From Chloroflexia bacterium (GTDB lineage: Bacteria; Chloroflexota; Chloroflexia; Thermomicrobiales; CADCWN01), in assembly GCA_046328475.1 (NCBI GenBank), contig JAXLWN010000008.1, positions 46,532 through 110,531 on the forward strand: 64,000 nucleotides of DNA, written 5' to 3'. This document shows positions 57,359-64,000 of this stretch, in pieces. A program made the position numbers and the translations under genes. The notes beneath the pieces are model-generated. The model did no database searches and was not told the DNA's origin. It was given only the letters and a program-made list of their open reading frames with translations. Every line of letters starts with the position of its first letter. The first letter of the stretch is position 1.

Positions 57359-59032
57359 CTAGCGCGCCTCGCGGCGTCGCTCGGTGGCGGCCGGTGGTGC
57401 GTCGGGAATCCCCCACTCCTTCAGCAACTGGTCTACCATCGGCGTCGGCTGACGCTGCCCGAGATCGGCCTTCTGGAGCCAACCATCGTCATTGGCGGCC
57501 CACCACGTACCGAAAGAATTGATGCAGCCGAGATCTTGCCGCCCTTGCTGCTGGCGATAGCTGCCGGCGAAGGGGCAGGCGCAGGAGCCCTGACTGGCCC
57601 CATCGTGCGCCTGGAAGTAGCGGCAGGTGCCGCATCGTTGCCCGGCATACGCCGCCAGGGTGCGCTCGCGCCAGTCCTGTTGCAACTGCTGCAACAACTG
57701 CTCGTCGATCTGCCGGGGCGGCAGTGTCGGCATCGCGGGTTCGGTCGGTCGCGCCTCGACCGCCGGGGTAGTGCGCGGGATGCGCGGCGCGGGCTGCGTC
57801 GGCGCGCTCTCCGGATCGGCGGTGAGACTCCCCCCGCGCGGAGAGAGTGACCGAATCGTGCGCTCGGTTGGTGCCGGTGGCGGCGTCTCAACCGGGAGCG
57901 GTTGCTCGGCGCGAACGCGCCCGACATTCGACACCTGCTGCGTGGTCGCTTGCGGCTGCGGCGATTGCACGGGGCGCGACGACGGAATCTCCGTCGGCTC
58001 CGGGCGCATCATGCGCGAGAAGCGACTGCTGGCGTTCGGATCATCCCAGTAGCGCGCGGTGCTCGCCTCGCTCGCCACGTCGCGCGGCGCACGCTCGATC
58101 ACCGGGTCGGGCAGACGAGTGGCGGATGCGGATGTGAGGCCGACCCCCAGGGACGCCGCCGGTGGGAGGTCTGCGGTCAGATCCTGGCGCGGAGGTGCCA
58201 CGGCGGCCTCGACCTGCAACGCCGGGCGCTCGGTGATAATCTGGCGATCCTCGGGTTCGCGCGGCGCGGATGGTGTCGCTGACGCCTGCGGCGCGGTTGT
58301 CTGCGAATACGCGCCATTCGTGCCGCCAACCCCTGTCGCGAGCGAGGGTTGGCGGGTCGGGGGCGCGGCGACTTCGGGCGCGCGGGGTGCCGTCTCGGCA
58401 CCGGCGACGGGCTTGGACGAGGAATAGAGCGAGGCCAACGCGACGGCCTGCTGTTCCTTGCGGCGCCCTTCGACAGTCTCGCGCTCGTTCTCGCGCCGCT
58501 CCAGCGCCTTGCGGTGCGCCTCGGCGACCACCGAGCGACTCGGTCGCCGGAGCACCTCGCCCGACGGCCCCAGTTCGGGATGGTTTTGCAGCGCGGAAGC
58601 GACCACCGAGACCATTTCCTGCCCCTGGCGCGACGCGGCAACCGAGGTCATCACCCCGGCGGCGGCGGGCTGGGGACCGCGGCGGCGGCCAGCGGGAAAC
58701 GCAGAGGGAGTGGGCCTGGCCGCGACGAGCGCAGCCTTGGCGGCCTGCACCCCGGCGTCGGCAGCGGCGAGGCTGCCAATACCCTGACCGATCGGCAACG
58801 TCCCCGACGATTCGCCGGTTGGCGCAGCTGCGGCGACCATCTCGACCAGGGGGCCATTGCCGCTAACTTGCCAGTGGTCCTTTTGCCAACCAGTCCTGCA
58901 CGCCAACTCCTCGGCGCGGAGCAGAACCGTATCGTCGCGACCTTGGTAGTCCGGGTTCCGGCACCAGCCGTGGCCCTGAACCGTGCTCGCCTCAAAGAAG
59001 CGGCACGATCCGCAGCTCTTGCGACCTGTCAC
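57359..59032 (-). CDS. Hypothetical Pro/Ala-rich protein with similar Cys motifs at both ends
   Basis: GTG at 59032 is preceded by AAGGA (the ORF track starts at a TTG at 59110). N-terminus 'CGSCRFFEASTVQGHGWCRNP', C-terminus 'CGTCRYFQAHDGASQGSCACP'. The middle ~400 aa is low complexity. Confidence 0.55.
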   Translation of the reverse strand: MTGRKSCGSCRFFEASTVQGHGWCRNPDYQGRDDTVLLRAEELACRTGWQKDHWQVSGNGPLVEMVAAAAPTGESSGTLPIGQGIGSLAAADAGVQAAKAALVAARPTPSAFPAGRRRGPQPAAAGVMTSVAASRQGQEMVSVVASALQNHPELGPSGEVLRRPSRSVVAEAHRKALERRENERETVEGRRKEQQAVALASLYSSSKPVAGAETAPRAPEVAAPPTRQPSLATGVGGTNGAYSQTTAPQASATPSAPREPEDRQIITERPALQVEAAVAPPRQDLTADLPPAASLGVGLTSASATRLPDPVIERAPRDVASEASTARYWDDPNASSRFSRMMRPEPTEIPSSRPVQSPQPQATTQQVSNVGRVRAEQPLPVETPPPAPTERTIRSLSPRGGSLTADPESAPTQPAPRIPRTTPAVEARPTEPAMPTLPPRQIDEQLLQQLQQDWRERTLAAYAGQRCGTCRYFQAHDGASQGSCACPFAGSYRQQQGRQDLGCINSFGTWWAANDDGWLQKADLGQRQPTPMVDQLLKEWGIPDAPPAATERRREAR

Positions 59033-59345
59033 GGCGCGTATCCTTGATTCATGTTCTGAAGTTCCAGCGGGCTGCGGAACCGGCCAGCAACAGGGCAGAT
59101 TGGGGCTCAACCCCTGGCGGTCTGCACTGTCCGAACAGGTCCCGGCGAACTTGGCCCCTATACTACCACAGCCCTCCCGGCCTGAACAGAGGCTAATTCA
59201 GCGACAGTTGTGCCAGAAAGTCACGACACGCATGACCTATTTCCCACCCCAACAGGGAGAAACGGCCCTGAGGCATCGGGCGAAATTGGTCGAAAATACA
59301 CTCTTTCCGTTCGCAGCCGTACGTACACCCTTGGCGGTACCAGGC

Positions 59346-59373
59346 TTTACAGACCCCTCTGGCATGGCATAAT
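59346..59373 (+). promoter_or_regulatory. Sigma70-like promoter candidate for acs
   Basis: TTTACA at 59346-59351, a 16-nt spacer, and CATAAT at 59368-59373. Confidence 0.45.
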
Positions 59374-59445
59374 GCGGGGCACGAGCACGTCCCGCCCTGG
59401 CGCGGGATCGTGGCTTCCGATGTCCGCAGCGAGGGAGGGATGGGG

Positions 59446-61353
59446 ATGAGTTCGGCAGATCAGCCTGCGTTCGCGCCACTCTTGCAGAGTGACCAACTCG
59501 TGCCGCCGCCCGCCGCGCTCGCCGAGGTGGCGCTGGTGCCCGACCACGACACCCTCTACGCTCGCGCCGCCACCGATTCCGAGGGGTTCTGGGCGGAGGT
59601 GGCGCGCGAGTTGGAGTGGGAGACACCGCCGGGCCGCACCCTCGATTGGGATGGCGTCACGGCGCGCTGGTTCGTCGGCGGGCGCTGCAACATCACCGTG
59701 AATTGCCTGGATCGCCATCTGCACGGGGCGAAACGCGACAAGGCGGCGCTGATCTTCATCGGCGAGGACGGCGCGGAGCGCCGGTTCAGCTACGCCGAGT
59801 TGCACCGCCTCGTCTGCAAGTTCGCCTCCGGCCTGAAAGAGTTGGGCATCGGCAAGGGGGACCGCGTCTGCATCTACATGCCGCTGACGCCCGAGGGGAT
59901 GGCGGCGATGCTCGCCTGCGCGCGGATCGGGGCGATTCACAGCGTCACCTACGCCGGAATCGGCGCGGGGGCGTTGCGAACCAGGATCGCCGACGCTGGG
60001 GCGCGGGCGGTGATCACCGCCGATGTCGGCTACCGGCGCGGGAAGACGGTCGCGCTCAAACCGATCGTGGACGAGGCAATCGACGGCTTGGCACATGTCG
60101 AGCGCGTGATCGTCTGGCGGCGCGAGAAAGATAGCCCGAAAGTACGGGGGCCGCGCGAGGTTGACCTGCACGAATTGCTGACCGGGGCGTCGCCGCGCTG
60201 CGAAGCGACGATCGTGGACGCCGAGGACCCGCTCTTCATCCTCTACACCTCCGGCACGACCGGGCGTCCGAAGGGGCCGATGTATGTCCACGGCGGCTAC
60301 CAGGTCGGCGTCTCGTTCTACACGCGGATCGCCTACGACCTGAAGGACGACGATGTCTACTGGTGTACCAGCGACATCGGCTGGATCGTGGGCCACTCCT
60401 CGATGCTCTACGGCCCGCTCATGAATGGCGTGACGATCGTGGTGCGCGAGGGAGCGCCCGACTTCCCCGATCCGGGCGTCTGCTGGCGCATCATCGAGCA
60501 GCAGCAGGTCACGGTGATGTTCACCGCGCCGACGACGCTGCGCATGTTCATGAAGTTCGGCAGCGAATATCCGGCGGCGGCCGATCTCTCGACGCTGCGG
60601 CTGCTGATCTGCGCAGGCGAGCCGCTGAACCCGGAGGCGTGGTGGTGGGCCTACAAGCACCTGCTCGGGGAGGGTCGCGGGCACCTCTGCGACAACTGGT
60701 GGCAGACCGAGACGGGAGCGCCGACCATCGGCACGCTACCGAGCATGGCCGCGAAGCCGGGCTGGGCCGGGAAGCCGCTCCCCGGCTACCGGGCGGAGGT
60801 GGTGGACCGCGAGGGCAACCCCGCGCCGCCAAACACCGGCGGATTGCTGGTGCTGCGCGGCCCCTGGCCGCAGATGATGCGCACCCTCTGGAACGACCCG
60901 GCGCGCTACGAGGAGTATTGGCGCACAATCGACGGCTGCTACTTCGCGGGCGATGTGGCGGTGCGGGGCGAGGATGGCTACTTCATGATCCTGGGCCGCG
61001 CCGACGACGTGCTGAACGTTGCCGGGCACCGGATCGGCACCGCCGACGTGGAGAGCGCGCTGGTGAGCCACCCTGCAGTTGCCGAAGCCGGGGTGATTGG
61101 CAAGCCCGACCCGATCAAGGGGGAGGCGATCAAGGCCTTCGTGACGCTGCGCGCCGGGCAGCAGGCCACCGACGACCTGATCCCGGCCCTGGTCGCACAT
61201 GTGCGCCACGAACTGGGGCCGATCGCCACGCCGAGCGAGATCGCAATTGTGGATCGCCTGCCGAAGACACGGAGCGGCAAGATCATGCGCCGGGTGCTGA
61301 AAGCGCAGGAGTTGGGGCTCGATCCGGGCGATCTGACGACGATCGAGGAGTGA
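59446..61353 (+). CDS. acs: Acetyl-CoA synthetase (AMP-forming acetate-CoA ligase family)
   Basis: RBS GAGGGAGG. Contains 'YTSGTTGRPKG', 'DNWWQTETG' and 'LPKTRSGKIMRR'. Confidence 0.9.
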   Translation: MSSADQPAFAPLLQSDQLVPPPAALAEVALVPDHDTLYARAATDSEGFWAEVARELEWETPPGRTLDWDGVTARWFVGGRCNITVNCLDRHLHGAKRDKAALIFIGEDGAERRFSYAELHRLVCKFASGLKELGIGKGDRVCIYMPLTPEGMAAMLACARIGAIHSVTYAGIGAGALRTRIADAGARAVITADVGYRRGKTVALKPIVDEAIDGLAHVERVIVWRREKDSPKVRGPREVDLHELLTGASPRCEATIVDAEDPLFILYTSGTTGRPKGPMYVHGGYQVGVSFYTRIAYDLKDDDVYWCTSDIGWIVGHSSMLYGPLMNGVTIVVREGAPDFPDPGVCWRIIEQQQVTVMFTAPTTLRMFMKFGSEYPAAADLSTLRLLICAGEPLNPEAWWWAYKHLLGEGRGHLCDNWWQTETGAPTIGTLPSMAAKPGWAGKPLPGYRAEVVDREGNPAPPNTGGLLVLRGPWPQMMRTLWNDPARYEEYWRTIDGCYFAGDVAVRGEDGYFMILGRADDVLNVAGHRIGTADVESALVSHPAVAEAGVIGKPDPIKGEAIKAFVTLRAGQQATDDLIPALVAHVRHELGPIATPSEIAIVDRLPKTRSGKIMRRVLKAQELGLDPGDLTTIEE

Positions 61354-61378
61354 CGAGCCAGGGAGGGTGAGGTAACCC

Positions 61379-63382
61379 ATGTTCCACACGGCATTTCGCG
61401 CGCTGACCAGCCCCTCAACGGGCTTCTCCGGCACGCGCACTTATGACATCGTCAAGGAGATCATCCGGCACCACCGCATCCAGGCCAGTCCGGGATACCG
61501 GGCGGCGGCGGCGGCGTGCGCGGCGCTGATCCGCGAGGCGGGGGTGGAGACGACGATCCGCAGCTACCCCGCGAACTTCGGGACGCAGTTCTGGGCGAAC
61601 CGGTTGTTCCAGGAGTGGGATTGCCGGGGGGCGACGCTGCGGCTGGTCGCGCCGGAGGGTCAGGCACGGACGCTGGCCGACTACAGCGAGCACAAGCTGT
61701 CACTGGTGCAGCGGAGCAATGGGACGCCGCCGGGTGGCGTCACCGCCGAGGTTGTGCTGCTGGAGAATGGCGAGACCGAGGAGGAGTACGCCAGCCTCGA
61801 TGTGCGCGGGAAGATCGTCTTCACGGGGGGCGACGCGGCGCGCGTCCACACGCTGGCGGTGGAGCGGCACGGGGCACTGGGGCTGATCACCGACCGGATC
61901 GCGGAGGCTCCGCCGATCCGCGAGCGCTACGACTTGCAGGATGCGCTGCAATACACCTCCTTCTGGTGGAGCGGACTGGAGGAGACGCGCGGCTTCGGCT
62001 TCGTCCTGACGCCGCGCGAGGGGGATCGGCTGCGGCGGCAGATCAAGCAGGCCACAGGACCAGTGACCGTCCACGCGACGGTTGACGCGCGGCTCTACGA
62101 CGGCGAGATCGAGGTCGTGGACGCGTTCATCCCCGGCACCGGCGAGACGGGCGAGGAGGTGGTGATCGTCTCGCACCTCTGCCACCCGCAGCCTTCGGCG
62201 AACGACAACGCCTCGGGCGGGGCGACGGCGGTGGAATCGGCGCGCACCCTGGCGCGGCTGATCGAGAGCGGCGTCTTGCCACGCCCGAAGCGCGGCATCC
62301 GCATCCTGCTGCCGCCGGAGATGACCGGGTCGTATGCCTACCTCGCGACGAACGAGGGACAAATCCCGAAGATGGTCGCGGCGCTCAACCTCGACATGGT
62401 CGGGGAGAACCAGGACCTCTGCAAGGGGCCGATGCTGGTGGAGCGCCCCCCGGCAGCCGGGGCGGGTTTCGCGGGCGACCTGCTGGCCGCGATCATGGCC
62501 GAACTGGCGCGGCAGGATACGAGCAACCTGTCGGGGAGCACGCGCTACGCGCTCTTCAAGTGGGCGGTGACCCCCTTCTCGGGCGGCAGCGACCACTACA
62601 TCTTCGCCGATCCGTCGGTCGGCGTGCCCTGCCCGATGCTGATCCAGTGGCCAGACAAGTTCTATCACACCAGCGCCGACACGATCGACAAGGTGGACCC
62701 GGCGATGCTGCGGCGCGCGGGCGTCCTCACCTGCGCCTACGCCTACGCAATCGCCGCCGCCGGGGAGCCGGAGGCGCTCTGGCTGCTGAACGAGTTGAGT
62801 GTCTCCTTCCGGCAGGGGTTGCCGCGCACGCTGGCCGACCGCCCGGCCTCGGCTGCGGCGGCACCGGGGGCCTGGATCGACCGGCAGTCGCGCTTCCTGC
62901 TCGACCGCCACCGCGAGGCGCTCAATTCGGTGAGCCGCCTGGCCGACACCAACCGCATCAACAGCCTGATCGCGACCCTGCGCGACGACGCCGAGCGCGT
63001 CACGCGCGACGAGCGGGACCGGGCGCGCTCGGCCGCGACCTGGGACAAAGCAGCGCCCGTCGGCACACCGATCGCCGCGCCCGCCAGCGAGTGGGACGAG
63101 CAGGCAGCGGTGCTGGTTTATCGGCGCACGGTGCCGGGGCCGCTCGGGATGCACTGGTACGACTATGCGCTGCCCGCCGAGCGCCGCGAGGAATTGCGCA
63201 CCATCGAGGCGCGGCGCGGCGCACGCTCGATGCTGACGCTCGCCCTCTACTGGATCGACGGGCGGCGCAACTTGCGCGATGTCGCCGACCTGGTCGAAGC
63301 CGAGTGCGGCCTGCGCGATGTCGGGACGCTGGTACGCTGGGCAGGCTTGCTCGCGGAAGGCGGCATTCTCGAAGTAGCGTAA
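61379..63382 (+). CDS. DUF4910 / M28-like aminopeptidase-fold protein
   Basis: 'VVIVSHLCHPQPSANDNASGGA' and 'FSGGSDHYIF', with a C-terminal winged-helix-like tail. Confidence 0.8.
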   Translation: MFHTAFRALTSPSTGFSGTRTYDIVKEIIRHHRIQASPGYRAAAAACAALIREAGVETTIRSYPANFGTQFWANRLFQEWDCRGATLRLVAPEGQARTLADYSEHKLSLVQRSNGTPPGGVTAEVVLLENGETEEEYASLDVRGKIVFTGGDAARVHTLAVERHGALGLITDRIAEAPPIRERYDLQDALQYTSFWWSGLEETRGFGFVLTPREGDRLRRQIKQATGPVTVHATVDARLYDGEIEVVDAFIPGTGETGEEVVIVSHLCHPQPSANDNASGGATAVESARTLARLIESGVLPRPKRGIRILLPPEMTGSYAYLATNEGQIPKMVAALNLDMVGENQDLCKGPMLVERPPAAGAGFAGDLLAAIMAELARQDTSNLSGSTRYALFKWAVTPFSGGSDHYIFADPSVGVPCPMLIQWPDKFYHTSADTIDKVDPAMLRRAGVLTCAYAYAIAAAGEPEALWLLNELSVSFRQGLPRTLADRPASAAAAPGAWIDRQSRFLLDRHREALNSVSRLADTNRINSLIATLRDDAERVTRDERDRARSAATWDKAAPVGTPIAAPASEWDEQAAVLVYRRTVPGPLGMHWYDYALPAERREELRTIEARRGARSMLTLALYWIDGRRNLRDVADLVEAECGLRDVGTLVRWAGLLAEGGILEVA

Positions 63383-63388
63383 TGAGGG

Positions 63389-63500
63389 ACGGTTTGAAGG
63401 TTTGAAGGTTCGAAGGTTGGGGTGGTAAACCTGCAAACCTGCGAACTTTCGAACCGTACACCCATCATCGGCGACTGACGACCGACGACTGACGACTCGG
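63389..63500. repeat. GGTTTGAA/GGTTCGAA-type inverted tract followed by (GACTGAC)x4
   Basis: Arm 63389-63418 pairs with arm 63427-63456 (23 of 29 positions complementary). GACTGAC-like units at 63473, 63480, 63487 and 63494. Confidence 0.85.
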
Positions 63501-63513
63501 AACCGGAGGCCCA

Positions 63514-64000
63514 ATGGTTTACGACTTGTACGCGATCAAATATGGGCAGCGAGCAGGGCACCGCGCCGAGCATTTCCAGGGGGGCGACCCGCACGACGGG
63601 CCGATGCCGCTGACTTATTACGTGTGGGCGGCGGTGTCGCCCGAGCGGACCGTAGTGATCGACCTGGGCTTTACCGTCGAGACTGGGGTGCGGCGCGGGC
63701 GCGTGGTGGAACGCACCCCGGCGCAGGGGCTGCAGCTGCTCGGCATTGACGCGGCAACTGTGCAGCATGTCATCGTAACGCATTTCCACTTCGACCATGT
63801 CGGCAACGTGGCGGAGTTCCCCAACGCGACCTTCGTGGTGCAGGATGGCGAGATGGCGTTCTGGACCGGGCGCTATGCGAGCCGGGGAATCTTCCGCAAT
63901 CTGGTCGAACCGGAGGATGTGGTGTCGCTGGTGCGGCACAACTTCGACGGACGGGTTAAATTCGTCGATGGCAGCGAGGAGATCGTGCCAGGAATCGCCG
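63514..64000 (+). CDS. MBL-fold hydrolase (N-acyl-homoserine-lactonase-like), 3' truncated by the window end
   Basis: RBS GGAGG, then ATG at 63514. 'VIVTHFHFDHVGN' is the HxHxDH motif. The frame is open to the window end, so it is absent from the ORF track. Confidence 0.8.
   Translation, partial: MVYDLYAIKYGQRAGHRAEHFQGGDPHDGPMPLTYYVWAAVSPERTVVIDLGFTVETGVRRGRVVERTPAQGLQLLGIDAATVQHVIVTHFHFDHVGNVAEFPNATFVVQDGEMAFWTGRYASRGIFRNLVEPEDVVSLVRHNFDGRVKFVDGSEEIVPGIA

Overview
This is a very GC-rich bacterial chromosomal segment, roughly two-thirds G+C by eye, with third codon positions almost all G/C. I can support about 47 protein-coding genes on both strands. I recognise no rRNA, tRNA, CRISPR array, transposase or integrase.

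Gene content in window order:
- 1-7.3 kb: a polysaccharide/cell-envelope locus with a GT4, a SAM methyltransferase, a second GT4, a secreted beta-helix lipoprotein and a PAP2 phosphatase.
- 7.3-18.7 kb: an MFS transporter, a cold-shock-domain fusion protein, a membrane GGDEF/HD-GYP enzyme, a Qnr/MfpA-like pentapeptide protein, a GT9, a WYL regulator, RidA, an SRPBCC protein, Csp and a DUF2029 GT-C.
- 18.8-26.1 kb: two tandem paralogous PAS/GAF-GGDEF-EAL sensor genes.
- 26.4-30.3 kb: an LpqC-type esterase, malate dehydrogenase divergent from a LarA-family racemase, and an RHH antitoxin-like gene.
- 30.5-47.2 kb: hydrolases, a Clp_N-repeat protein, a TetR/MFS pair, an M14 peptidase, an aminotransferase, a 2-hydroxyacid dehydrogenase, and a run of three Gfo/Idh/MocA oxidoreductases with a cupin and a hydrolase.
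- 47.4-64 kb: sdhAB, pckA, phnDCE, an ATP-grasp enzyme, rodZ, a Cys-motif proline-rich protein, acs, a DUF4910 peptidase-like protein and a partial MBL-fold lactonase.

The gene set is compatible with a Chloroflexota-like or other high-GC Terrabacteria genome, but that is inference only.

I did not find a clear-cut new multi-gene system such as a defence island. The features I consider unusual are:
1. Many 7-9 nt tandem-repeat arrays sit exactly at gene boundaries. Several form long hairpins or supply the stop codon of the adjacent gene.
2. There are two families of REP-like multi-hairpin intergenic elements.
3. Many genes are interrupted by indels or a stop codon, mostly at G/C homopolymers. 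They concentrate at 26.4-30.3 kb and include mdh. This is more likely assembly error than decay, but it needs checking.
4. In the tandem c-di-GMP paralogues, the downstream copy has a damaged EAL domain and a chimeric 3' end.
5. There is a promoter-preceded candidate structured RNA of about 270 nt next to csp.
6. phnD and phnC form one open frame with no stop codon, across a 21-bp perfect hairpin.
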